From Octopus vulgaris (Eukaryota): a stretch of DNA of 64,000 bases. Location: contig OX597815.1 of NCBI GenBank assembly GCA_951406725.2, positions 185,132,001-185,196,000 of the forward strand. The letters run 5' to 3'. Below, in pieces: positions 52,275 through 64,000 of this stretch. The notes beneath the pieces are model-generated. The model did no database searches. It was given only the letters and a program-made list of their open reading frames with translations, and had not been told where the DNA came from. How positions within the stretch are numbered: the stretch's first letter is position 1; each line of letters opens with the position of its first letter. The position numbers and the translations under genes were made by a program.

Positions 52275-52385
52275 GAATACCTTGCTGATGTTGCTGAAAC
52301 TCCAATAAAAGAGCCTTGGATCTAGGTTAGAAACCGGCTCTTTCTCTATTGGCAAGAAATCTTAAAATAAAACTGAATAATGACA
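52275..52385 (+). mobile_element. Very short 3' end of an R4/Dong-like element in (CATA)n
   Basis: GAGCCTTGGATCTAGGTTAGAAACCGGCTC matches 6814-6845; (CATA)n on both sides. Confidence 0.75.
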
Positions 52386-53280
52386 TACATACATACATAC
52401 ATACATAAATAAGGTGTGTATGTCAGTATGCAATCCTACAAACGCCATACCTTCTTAAAAAGACAGTATGCTTAGCGATGCACATTGAAACTACACTAGT
52501 AAGCCACCACCAATACATTCTGACTTATCTGCTGAACTAGTCCAAATGTTTTGTTAAAGAACTTCAGTAAAGATGTTGATATCTCTTCGATGATATTTTT
52601 TCCAGTTCGCTTCACATCACTTTATCGACGACAATAAAAATGATAACAAAGAAAAAGAAAAAAAGACCACGAGAACGACAAATGCCAGGAGATAGCGAAG
52701 ACAAGATATGGAAGAAGGAGAAAGCATAAATGTCGAAGTCGAAGCAATGATCGGCGTCAGTAATGTTATTTAAGTAATCTAGAAATGATCTGAATACGAT
52801 TTTAAAAATAAGTTTTTTTCTTTCTCCGCCGCCATTTTTTTCCTTCGGTGGTATCGACAGAATTCAGCCATTTATTGAGCTTTCCATGTTAACTTTTTAA
52901 TTATCTCTCTTTTGGTTGCAACTGTGTATGTAATGTAACGTAAATCTGATTCAGTAGTTATTCACCTGGATATTTTCAATACTTTGTCATCTTACTTCAG
53001 AATGTAGTCAAGAGAAATTATAGAAGGACATCTAGCATAAGACAGCACTCTATGTCGTGCGCGGGCGTGTGTGTATGTATGTGTGTGCATGTCATCGCAA
53101 TACGTCAATGTACTCGAAAAATTGTGACTTTCACACATTTTAGCCAATGTTTTGTCTACTGATTTGATATCAGAACAGGACTTCATAGCAACCGAGGCAA
53201 TATCAGTCACTTCCAAGGCAAAACTTGGGAAATAGTTTGGTGTCTGACAGTCAACTGGCATCATTTACATCACATTTACA

Positions 53281-53401
53281 CCGGGTTCAGTCCCACTGCG
53301 GGGCACCTTGGGCAAGTGTCTTCTACTATAGCCTCGGGCCAACCAAAGCCTTGTGAGTGGATTTGGTAGACGTAAACTGAAAGAAGCCAGTCGTATATAT
53401 G

Positions 53402-53446
<45 letters not shown>

Positions 53447-53624
53447 ATTAGGGCTTAGTAAAATAAATTACTTTGCCACGTGGCAAAGTAATTTATTTTA
53501 CTAAGCCCTAATTATATAATGTAATATTTTGAATTCGCCTTAAATGGTCCTTTTACATACTGAACACTACTTTGGTGAAATTGATTAATAACTAATTAAT
53601 TTTACCCTCAATTGTTGATATATA

Positions 53625-53681
<57 letters not shown>

Positions 53682-54012
53682 TACACACACACACACACAT
53701 GCATACACAGACACGCACACATACACACATTAATACATGAGCGTGCAAAATAGCACAGGTGATTGCTAGAAATGAGAGTGAAAATCTGACTCAGAAGGTC
53801 ACTAAAAACACTATTCTCATGATATATACGGGATTCGGACACAGTAAGCTAAACGATGTTTCCCTTGTGAGATATATATACATACATAGTGGAAGCGCAA
53901 TGGCCTAGTGGTTAGGGCAGCGGATTCGCGGTCGTGGGATAGCACCAGGTGGTGCTATTAAGTTAGACATGGCCTGGGCCAATAATGGCCGAAACCTATC
54001 AAAGTATCAAAG

Positions 54013-54077
<65 letters not shown>

Positions 54078-54286
54078 CTGTGTTTGTCCCCTCCGAACAT
54101 CGCTTGACAACCGATGGTGGTGTGTTGACGTCGCCGTAACTTAGCGGTTCGGCAAAAAAAGACCGATAGAATAAGTACTAGGCTTCCATAGAGTAAGTCC
54201 TGGGGTCGATTTGCTCGACTAAAGGCGGTGCTCCAGCATGACCGCACTCAAATGACTGAAACAAGTAAAACAGTAAAACGGTAAAC
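53281..54286 (+). mobile_element. SINE-B split by ~570 bp of inserted DNA in its internal microsatellite
   Basis: 5' half at 53281-53395, 3' half at 54075-54286. Confidence 0.8.
53439..53520. repeat. Perfect 82-bp spacer-less palindrome
   Basis: ATTATATAATTAGGGCTTAGTAAAATAAATTACTTTGCCAC|GTGGCAAAGTAATTTATTTTACTAAGCCCTAATTATATAAT. Confidence 0.95.
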
Positions 54287-54767
54287 ACGAAATTCTATGT
54301 GAGAAATTGTACTCTGAGACTAAATTAAGATCGATTGCCACTCTACATTTGTGTGAGCATGAACATGTTCTGAACAATGTACACATCGTTATTAAAATCT
54401 CTATTTCAAGCGTGTATAATAAAAATCTATAAACTTGTTACGAGGTCAGACATGCTTGAGGCATATTCAACACCGCAAGAAAGTCATTCATAGTATTTTT
54501 GTCGTGCAGAAAGTTTTCTCGCTGTTGACTAATAAGTGTACATACACCAAATCAATTCGAAGTGTTTCCTACTCCGAATCATGGATGTGTGCATTTCGGA
54601 GTAGATATCTCCCCTAATTTATCAGACACTAGGGAGGGGATGCGCTGCAAACTTACAAGGAGATAGTCTCTCTTCTTATATTCCTGTCAGCCGTAATTAA
54701 CTGCGGATTAGAAGTGCTGAGCAGTGATGTGTACAAATATAAACCGGCTATCAATTCAAACATGAAT

Positions 54768-54806
<39 letters not shown>

Positions 54807-54988
54807 TACACAGACACACACGCATACACACATTAATAAATGAGGGTGCAAAATAGCACAGGTGATTGCTAGAAATGAGAGTGAAAATCTGACTCAGAAA
54901 GTCACTAAAAGCACTATTCTCATGATATATACAGGATTCGGACACAGCAAGCTAAACGATGTTTCCCTTGTGAGATATATATACATAG

Positions 54989-55371
54989 TGGAAGCGCAAT
55001 GGCCCAGTGGTTAGGGCAGCGGATTCGCGGTCGTGGGATAGCGGTTTCGATTCCTAAACCGGGTGTTGTGAGTGTTTATTGCGTGGAAACACCTGTTCCA
55101 CGATGCTCCGGCAGGGAGTGGTGGTGAACCTTGCTGTATTCTTTCACCACAACTTTCTCTCACTCTTCCTTCCTATTTCTGTTATATATGTATTTCAAAG
55201 GGCCAGCCTTGTCCCACTCCGTGTCACGCTGAATCTCCCCGAGAACTACGTTAAGGGTACACGTGTCTCTGGAGTGCTCAGCCACGTTAATTGCACGTTA
55301 ACTTCACGAGCAGGATGTTCCGTTGATCGGATCAACTGGAACCGTCATCGTCGTAACCGACGGAGTGCCAC
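54989..55371 (+). mobile_element. SINE-C
   Basis: Colinear with the other copies. Confidence 0.93.
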
Positions 55372-55580
55372 GAGGATACATACATACATATTTATATATA
55401 ATGATACTTTCAGAAAAATTCCAGAAGCTTCGCTTTCAAAAAATAGTAAGAGAAGGATGCTCAGATCGATGAAAAGATCTCTCTTGATAGTACATATCTG
55501 GCGAATAAAACTTAGAGCGGTTGAGAAAATGTACTTTTGCGAATGAAACTAACTTTTGCCGTTCTGTTTTTGTCTCTTTA

Positions 55581-55615
<35 letters not shown>

Positions 55616-55900
55616 ATTAGTCATTCAGAGTTATATTTATATCGTGTAGCATTCGTTGAAAATCACAATAATTTGCATTTGTCATTGATTTTTTGGCAAA
55701 TATATATTTATTCCAAAATTATCAGTCAGAACGCGTAATATGAAGAAGAACGGCCATTTGTGCTTTCAACGTCAAACGCTTAGAAGTCAGGCTATTGTCT
55801 ACTTAGAGAGTATTTTAGAATTTCGAAATTTCAAATGAATAAATTTGAATTCGGATTACAACCTTCTTCCTTCTCTTCCAGATATAAGAAAGCAAATGAA

Positions 55901-55995
55901 AACACATATACATCTATTTATACACACACGCACACCTATACATCTATTTATACACACACGCACACCTATACATCTATTTATACACACACGCACAC
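55901..55995. repeat. 30-bp tandem repeat, 3 units
   Basis: ACACCTATACATCTATTTATACACACACGC units. Confidence 0.88.
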
Positions 55996-56330
55996 ATACA
56001 TACATACATACATACATACATAACTTATGAGATAAATGGAAAATGGAATTCTTTGTTAATCTTTATTCATTGTTAATCACAACGATCGTTTCGATCCATC
56101 TTGCATCTCTCCCTCGGAAGTGAGATACTATGCAACTAGTTATGGTGGATCCTTAGGTGCAGATGTGTCTCGTTATGTGAGTTTCTAAAAGGTACCTCGC
56201 ACACTAAAGTTGGTTTCGCTTGTTTCGATTATAAAAGATGTCGTTATTTGCCTGTAGGTGGTTGCTTATAGGTCTGTGCCTACACACACACACACACTCA
56301 CACACACACACCACATACACACACACACAC

Positions 56331-56535
56331 AGAGTAAATCCCCCAAAAGAAGAAGAAACACCAAAAAACACAACAACGTGAGGATGTGGTACATGTAAAC
56401 TATTAGCAGACGGTCAAGGAAGGAAAGAAAGATGGTCTAACGTTTCGAGCCTGCGCTCTTCAGCAAAAGGAATAAGAGAAAATAAACAGACAGAGAATTA
56501 AAAAAAAACTTGTGGATTTAGCAGGCACAGGCCTA
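56331..56535 (-). mobile_element. ~200-bp PLE-type repeat with a degenerate hammerhead (56435-56470)
   Basis: Minus strand TGCTGA-A-GAGC gcag GCTC-GAAACGTT; related to 16741-16920 and 59945-60150. Confidence 0.6.
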
Positions 56536-56543
56536 CATATATA

Positions 56544-56631
<88 letters not shown>

Positions 56632-56632
56632 T

Positions 56633-57140
56633 GGGGCAGGACTGGCTGTGTGGTAAAAAATTTGCTTATTAGCTTCCTAACTACATGGTACCGGGTTCAG
56701 TCTCACTGCGTGGCACTTTGGGTGTCAACTACTACAGCCTCAGGCCGACCAAATTCTTGTGAGTGTATTTGATAAACGGAAACCGAAACTGAAAAAAAGC
56801 GTGTCATGTGTGTGCGTGTGTGTGTGTGTTTGAACTATCAACACACGAACTGTGGAACTAGCACGAACTACCCCACTTACTCAGACCACTATTATCTATA
56901 CGTAGTGGTCCAGTCTATTCTCGCCAGGGGACGTCGTAGTCTCGCACAACAGTTCCCCCATCACTGCTTGACAACCGGTTTTTATTTAAGGCCCTGTGAC
57001 AAAGTGATTCGGCAAAAGCATACCAATTGGATAAGTACTAGGCCTTAAAAATACGTCCTGGGGTCTATTTGATGGACTAAAATTCTTCAACGCGATGCCC
57101 CAGTATGGCCTCAGACTGATGAATGAAGCAAGAAAAAACA
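56633..57140 (+). mobile_element. SINE-B, degenerate, with an internal insertion
   Basis: Head TGGCTGTGTGGTAA..CCGGGTTCAGTCTC; 3' part TGCTTGACAACCGG..TGCCCCAGTATGGCC. Confidence 0.78.
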
Positions 57141-57146
57141 AAAGAA

Positions 57147-57209
<63 letters not shown>

Positions 57210-57954
57210 TGTGTGTTTATGCAGACTGACAGACAGATTGATAGGTAGATGTTCAAAGAGACATCTCACTCCGAATTATTTCCAGCCGTTAATTTCTGAA
57301 TATAGATACGCGAATATTCATATCATAGCTATTCAGTCATCTTACTTCAAGAACTACTAAAAACAAATTCTTACTAGAACCTCAGAAATTATATACACAA
57401 ACGACCACACGAAAATCGTTTGTAGCTACACGTACAGTCTTGCGTTTTTCGCCAAACAAGCCGACTTCTCCATTATAGTCAAATAGTTGACTTCTTAGAA
57501 TTTGTTTAATGAACTTCGCGTGACGCCTCGGATAAGCAACGCGTAGCCAGAGACAGTAAGCTTCTTCGTTTTTACAGGGGCGAATGAATGTACACAATAG
57601 TGTTACTTTGGAGTCAGTTAATAAATAACGACTACCAAATCTTCACAGCATGAGATTATCATAAATAAAGATACCACAACACACACACACACATATATAG
57701 ACATATACACACATATATACATATATACATATATCTTTTATTTGGATCCATGTGGTTCGTAAGCAAGCTACTTACCACACAGCCACTCCTACGCCTATAT
57801 ATATACATATATATAAATAATATATACATACATAAATATATATATATATATATACACATATGAGTGTGTGTATCTATTTCTGTGTGTGTATTTGTGTGTG
57901 TGTGTGTGTGTGTGTGTGGGTGTGTGTGTGTGGTGTTTGTGTGTGTACTAAATA

Positions 57955-58435
57955 CATGTAACAAGAGGAGAAATAAAATTAAATTACAACACAGAGAGGA
58001 CATCTTTTTGTAAATCCTGTATTAGTTTAACGTATTAATGGGAGAAGAATGTATTGTAATGTTTCGGACTTTACCTCTTCGTCAGAAGGAAGAGAAAAGC
58101 ATAGGGGAAGTGACGGAGTGGAATAACCAATAAGATTAAAATAGGTGAGATATTAGGAACCAGGTGAGAATGCATTTCTATAGAGGTTGGTGATTAAAAA
58201 GAGGTGAGGTGGGGCGGGACAGTGTGTGTGTGTATATGAGTAGAAATGTGAAAATTCGTTCGTAGAGGGTGTATGTTATTGGGAGCATGGGGGTGCTGGT
58301 ATGCTTAATCGATGAATGAGAAAAACACGGGGGCGAGGAGATGTGCACGGACGTAAGTGTGAGTCAAGAGGATAGGCAACACGAATGTGGTTGATGTAAT
58401 GGAAATGTGTACAAGGGTATAAGTACGAGACGCTT

Positions 58436-58436
<1 letters not shown>
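57955..58436 (-). mobile_element. Penelope-like 3' remnant (GIY-YIG C-terminus + pLTR with degenerate hammerhead ~58050-58090)
   Basis: VFLIHRLSIPAPP resembles the PLE terminal ..I..L.T..P.GLN motif; downstream CTGACGAAGAG..CCGAAAC. Confidence 0.55.
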
Positions 58437-58503
<67 letters not shown>

Positions 58504-58563
58504 ATATATAATTTCAAGAGAGTTAGAGGTTCTGAATCCAACTAACTAAGGAATAATATCTAT

Positions 58564-58606
<43 letters not shown>

Positions 58607-58611
<5 letters not shown>

Positions 58612-59105
58612 TATATAGAAGGAGCTTCTACAGGACTAGTACTGTTTCATTCAAGAGAAATCTTCAGGAAGCTATTTAACAAGAATTGTATTAGCATTTA
58701 TACATTTAGGCAGGTTTAAAGGAGTGGTGGTGGGGGACTTTTTGGGGGTAGGCATAGCGCAAAATATCATACTTGGGGGAGTGGTCAAGGAGTCAGTGGT
58801 AAGTTAGATGAAAGAATAGATAAATAAAAAAATAAAAAAATAAAAAATAAAAAATAAAAAAATAAAAAAATAAAAAAATAAAATAAAAAATAAAATAAAA
58901 AAATAAAAAAATAAAAAATAAAAAATATAAAAAATATATATAAAAAAATATATATATAAAATATATATATAAAAAAATATATATATAAAAAAAGGGGGAT
59001 AGAGTTATAGGTAAATAAGGAGATTCTCACTTATACCTATACACACATGTATACGTATCTACACACACATACATACATACACATATGTGTGTGTATATAT
59101 GTATA

Positions 59106-59150
<45 letters not shown>

Positions 59151-59586
59151 ATGTATGTATGTGTGTGTAGATACGTATACATGTGTGTATAGGTATAAGT
59201 GAGAATCTCCTTATTTACCTATAACTCTATCCCCCCTTTTTATATATATATATTTTATATATATATTTTATATATATATTTTTATATATATTTTTTATAT
59301 TTTTTATATTTTTATTTTTTTATTTTTTTTTTTTTTATTTTATTTTTTTATTTTTTTATTTTTTTATTTTTATTTTTTATTTTTTTATTTTTATTTATCT
59401 ATTCTTTCATCTAACTTACCACTGACTCCTTGACCACTCCCAAGTATGATATTTTGCGCTATGCCTACCCCCAAAAGTCCCCCACCACCACTCCTTTAAA
59501 CCTGCCTAAATGTATAAATGCTAATACAATTCTTGTTAAATAGCTTCCTGAATTTCTCTTGAATGAAACAGTGTACTAGTCCTGTA
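58607..59586. mobile_element. ~980-bp near-perfect palindromic PLE-type element
   Basis: Arms ~58629-59085 and ~59145-59586 are reverse complements around a TA/CA centre; direct repeat TATCTATCCA(TA)n at 58557 and 59587. Confidence 0.9.
58623..58673 (-). ncRNA. Type I minimal hammerhead ribozyme (best-preserved motif in the window)
   Basis: AGCTTC-CTGAAGA-T-TTC tctt GAA-T-GAAA-CAG tactagtc CTG-TA-GAAGCT: all three stems pair, core CUGAAGA/GAAA, GUA cleavage triplet. Confidence 0.8.
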
Positions 59587-59629
59587 TATCTATCCATATA
59601 TATATATATACCCCGAATCAACCGGGACC

Positions 59630-59667
<38 letters not shown>

Positions 59668-59887
59668 AGCTTAGAAAAGAAGAAGAAACGAAACGAAACG
59701 AAACGTATCACATCGAATCGAATCGACGCGAGGGCGCTCAGTCATACAATAGTGTAATAAATAAAATATATGCATACATATAAACATATATGTACGTACC
59801 TACATCTACATGTATATATACATACATATATAAATATATATACGTGTGTACAGAACACCACAAATAGACGTATAACTCAACAAGAAA

Positions 59888-59944
<57 letters not shown>

Positions 59945-59951
<7 letters not shown>

Positions 59952-60150
59952 ACCACGTGTGTACCGTTGGCGATTTTTTTCCTCTGCCTTCCCTTCTCTG
60001 GATCTTTCCTTCTCCTGTGTTTCCGACGAAGAGCTCCGCTCGAAACTTTAAACCCTCCTTCTTTCCTTCTTTCCTGAGCGTCAAATAATACTATATTTGT
60101 TCCACGACCTCGCGTTGTTGTATTTTTTTGTGCTTTCTTGTTTGGATTAA
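59945..60150 (+). mobile_element. ~200-bp PLE-type repeat in (TA)n with a hammerhead-like motif (60019-60053)
   Basis: GTTT-CCGACGA-A-GAGC tcc GCTC-GAAA-CT-TT-AAAC; (TA)n on both sides. Confidence 0.65.
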
Positions 60151-60442
60151 CTATATATATATATATATATACACACTCACGTACAAAGCAATGAATCCTC
60201 GCTCAGCAACCGACTTCCAAATAGTTAACGGCCATCACATCGACCAATTGCGCACATATTTTCGCCATTTCTTTTCCAAGTTTTTTCATCCTTGTATTTC
60301 TTCCTCATTCTCCAGTCTATATTCTACTCTGTAAAAGAACAACATCCGAAATGTTATAAACATTAACGCTTTCCATTTCTCTGCCCATCTACCTAATCCT
60401 GTTTCGCCACCACTCACCTTTGTTCTTCGACTTCTTTACTAC

Positions 60443-60812
60443 TTGTGCCAAACTTTGGCATTGAAAGTTATTCAAACTGCAGAACGGGGCGCTATTGCAT
60501 AGTACCAAGGATCCCAGCCTCGCCATCAAAATACAAGACCAGATACTGCAACAGCTTGGGCTTCAAGGGCACAGCTCTTTAATATCCTTCCAAAATGCTT
60601 GAGAGACCAGCATGGTGTGGACATAAGTGTCTTTAAAACAAAACAGGATCTCTTCCTGTTACGGGTTCCAGACTAGCCTTACCTCACGACAGGAAACACA
60701 AACGAGACCAGCAGCATCAAACTCCCTCATTGACCAAATGCCACATATTAGAGGAGGTTCCAAATAATGGTGTAGCTCAGTAAATGGTGGTGCTCCAGCA
60801 TGACCGCAGCTG
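60443..60812 (+). mobile_element. 3' end of a CR1/L2-group LINE
   Basis: Frameshifted ORF2 end RTGRYCIVP..CNSLGFKG/QLFNILPKCLRD..VFKTKQDLFLLRVPD*P..AASNSLIDQ, then tail GGTGGTGCTCCAGCATGACCGCAG. Confidence 0.8.
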
Positions 60813-61282
60813 GAACATTTTTTTAAAAAATACTTTACCTGATATATATCATCTTGTATTTATACTCTTGTTCGCAAGCTGCACAATATTAGTTTACCGC
60901 GACGAAGAAATAATTTGACATCTCTTGCAGAACTCATCGAAGAAAAGATACTATTTCGTATATAAGCAAACTTATTATTTGATTTAGACAACTAATTTTT
61001 AACAATACGTCTGGCTCAGAAGCAAAAGCTATTTTTATCTCAAATAGGTTTTTATCTATCCGAAGACAACACCATGTGTTGCTATTGTCGCAACTTTTTA
61101 TCTCCAGGTCACATTTGTTCACGTAGAGCTGTTCAAAGGCGATATAACCGTGTCTGTTCCTTTATGTTATGTAGTTCAGTCGGTTAGTCGTAACGAGCAT
61201 AGTATATAACAAAATACGGCATTTGCTGATAAACTTTTTATTTCCAATTTAGATTCTAATGCATTAACTTCGCAGTATAATA

Positions 61283-61645
61283 CAATGGTTAGGGCAGCGG
61301 ACCGCGGTCGTAGGATAGCAGTTTCGATTCCTAAACCGGGCGTTGTGAGTGTTTATTGAGTGGAAACACCTGAAGTTCCACGATGCTCCGGCAGGGAGTG
61401 GTGGTGAACCCTGCTGTATTCTTTCACCACAACTTTCTCTAGTTATTCCTTCCTGTTTCTGTTGTATCTGTATTTCAATAGGGCCAGCCTTGTCACACTC
61501 TGTGTCACGCTGAATCTCCCCGAGAACTACGTTAAGGGTGAATGTGTCTGTGGAGTGCTCAGCCACTTGCACGTTAATTTCACCAGCAGGCTGTTCTGTT
61601 GATCGGATTAACTGGAACCCTCGTCGTCGTAATCGATGGGGTGTG
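61283..61645 (+). mobile_element. SINE-C
   Basis: Colinear with the other copies. Confidence 0.92.
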
Positions 61646-62211
61646 GCGACTAAACACTGCGAACTGGCAAGATCGCTAGCTTGTCGGGTAGAATACGTGT
61701 CAGTATTTGATCCATCCTATGTGAGAAAGCGCGTGGCTTAATGACCATTCGATTCCCGATCGTACAGCTGTGAGTTCAACTCCCGGTGACGCGTTGTGTC
61801 CTTGAGGAAGACATTATTTCTCGTTGCTCCAGTCCACCCAGCTGGCAGAAATGATATGTGCCTGTATTTAAAATGGCTAGCCATGGCACATTCTGTCTGA
61901 GATTCGAACGCGTGATCCATCGATCGCGAGTTCGCCACTCTAACCACAAGGCCATGTGACTCTACAATAATTATATCAGTTTGGTATATATTTCATGGAT
62001 AATTATTTATCGAACCGTTAAGTGATACGTATAAAGGGACCCAACATTAGCAATGGCACACACACACACACACACACAAGCACACATAAACGCACGAACA
62101 TATACATGCATATACAAATATGTACGCACAGACACACACTCTCGTATATACGTATGCATATAAGTGTGTATGAGTGTGTGTGTATTTACACACACACACA
62201 CACACATATTT

Positions 62212-62756
62212 CCAACCACTTGGTCGCAGGTTCAGTCCTACTGCGTGACACCTTGGGCAAGTGTCTTCTACTGTAGCATCGGGCTGACCAAAGCCTTGAG
62301 AGTGAATTTGGTGCATGGAAACTGAAAGAAGCATTTCGTTTATATATATATGCATATATCTAAGTGTGTGTCTGTGTCTTTGCGTCTGTGTTTGTCTCCC
62401 ACGACCGTTTGACAATTGGTGGGGGTGTATTCACGTCTGTTTAACTTAGCGGTACGGCAAAAGAGTCTATGTTTTTAAAAAAATGTCTTGGGGTCGATTT
62501 GTTCGACTAAAACCCTTCAAAGCGGTGCCCCAGCTTGGCCGTAGTCAAATGACTAAAATTAATAACAAAAATAAAAGATAAAGAGACACTACATAGACTT
62601 AGGAGTGGTTGTGTGGTACGTAGCTTGCTTACGAACCACATGGTTTCGGGTTCAGTCCCACTGCGTAGTGCCTTGGGCAAGTGTCTTCTATAGCCTCGGG
62701 CCGATCAAAGCCTTGTGAGTGGATTTGGTAGACGGAAACTGAAAGAAGCCAGTCGT

Positions 62757-62803
<47 letters not shown>

Positions 62804-63030
62804 TGTGTGTGTATATGTTTGTGTGTCTATGTTGTCACCCCAACATCGCTTGACAAACTATGCTGGAGTGCTTACCTCCCCGTTACTTTAGCGGTTCGGC
62901 AAAAGAAACACGATAGAATAAGTACTAGACTTACAAAGAATGAGTCCTGCGGGAGAAGGTCGATCTGCTCGACTAAAGGCGGTGCTCCAGCATGGCCACA
63001 GCCACATGACTGAAACAAGTAAAAGAGTAA
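62212..63030 (+). mobile_element. Two tandem SINE-B copies (62212-62580 and 62600-63030)
   Basis: Each has GGTTCAGTCC, CCTTGGGCAAGTGTCTTCTA, an internal microsatellite and the GCGGTGC(C/T)CCAGC tail. Confidence 0.92.
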
Positions 63031-63615
63031 AAAAATACGCACAACAACACCACACACACACAACACAAACACAAACAAACAAATGCACGCTCAAACAATT
63101 GCACGTGCATGCATGTACATGCACGCACAAAAAACACGCACGCACACGCACACATGCCTTTCTATATTCCTACGTATTCGAATAAAGAATACTTTCTCGG
63201 ATAAGTAGACCTCTACATTTTTCGTTTATTCGGTTTGGGACGACAAATGAATTTTAGGTAAAAACGACGCAATAAACAGGAGAGAAGTTTAAAGCTAGGA
63301 ATTCTTAATATATCTCTCTCTCTCTCTCTATTTTACAAAACGTATAAAGTGGAGAGGATTTCAGAGCAACGCCGACTATATTTTCTTAAAACATACTGTA
63401 ATAGTTGCGCGGATCGATCGCAAAAGTGGGCGACTGGTTTTACAATCCTCCTCCTCCTCCTCCTCCTACTCCTCTCACCTCCTCCCACTGCCTCGCTATT
63501 CCTTCATCAGACGGCTAGAGCGTTATAGCGAGCGTTTAGTTTTCCTTGTTCAATGCCTCTCGCATCTATTCCATTATTTCTCTATATCGCACACACACAC
63601 ACGCACGCATACGCG

Positions 63616-63663
<48 letters not shown>

Positions 63664-63903
63664 CATTATCATGCTGTTTATTTCTTCCTCTCTTTTCTAG
63701 ATTCTCTCTTTCCTTTTAAAATTTTCGTTATTCCGCATTTTGCGTTATTGCTAAGCACGCGCGCGCACACACACACACACATACACACACACATACACAC
63801 ACACATACACACACACATAAGCTTGAAATTTCTATCGATGTGAGTTCCTACTTTATGGTAGAGTATTTTAAAATACAACTTTATTCTTATCATTTTACTT
63901 CTT

Positions 63904-63905
<2 letters not shown>

Positions 63906-63953
<48 letters not shown>

Positions 63954-64000
63954 CATTAAGGCGGTGAGCTGGAGGAATCGTTAGCGCGCTGGAGGAAATA
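63906..64000 (+). mobile_element. (ATT)n followed by the start of a SINE-A head running off the window
   Basis: AAGGCGGTGAGCTGGAGGAATCGTTAGC at 63958. Confidence 0.75.

Overview
AT-rich, microsatellite-dense animal DNA, most likely intergenic or intronic octopus/coleoid cephalopod sequence (inferred from the repeat content). No host protein-coding exon can be supported; most ORF-track entries are translations of (TA)n, (CA)n or (TACA)n tracts. The window is a nested mosaic of mobile elements: several tRNA-derived SINE families (labelled A to D here), one near-complete mariner (8949-10221), other Tc1/mariner relics and MITEs, an R4/Dong-type 3' end in (TACA)n, a rearranged RTE-BovB, two L1/Tx1-type ORF1 relics, a CR1/L2-group 3' end and many Penelope-like (PLE) remnants. 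Three signals stand out. (1) A candidate self-targeting system: SINE-A shares its 3' tail with an ORF1-only L1/Tx1-like element, and SINE-A tails and a related LINE 5' end repeatedly join at a GGTATT(TCGTCTG) site that lies inside the SINE-A head. (2) About seven minimal hammerhead-ribozyme motifs, including a ~1 kb palindrome whose right end coincides with the predicted self-cleavage site, and a tRNA-headed SINE-like element carrying a hammerhead. (3) Two different SINEs inserted at mirror-equivalent sites in the two arms of one foldback MITE. Coordinates were read by eye and may be off by a few bases.
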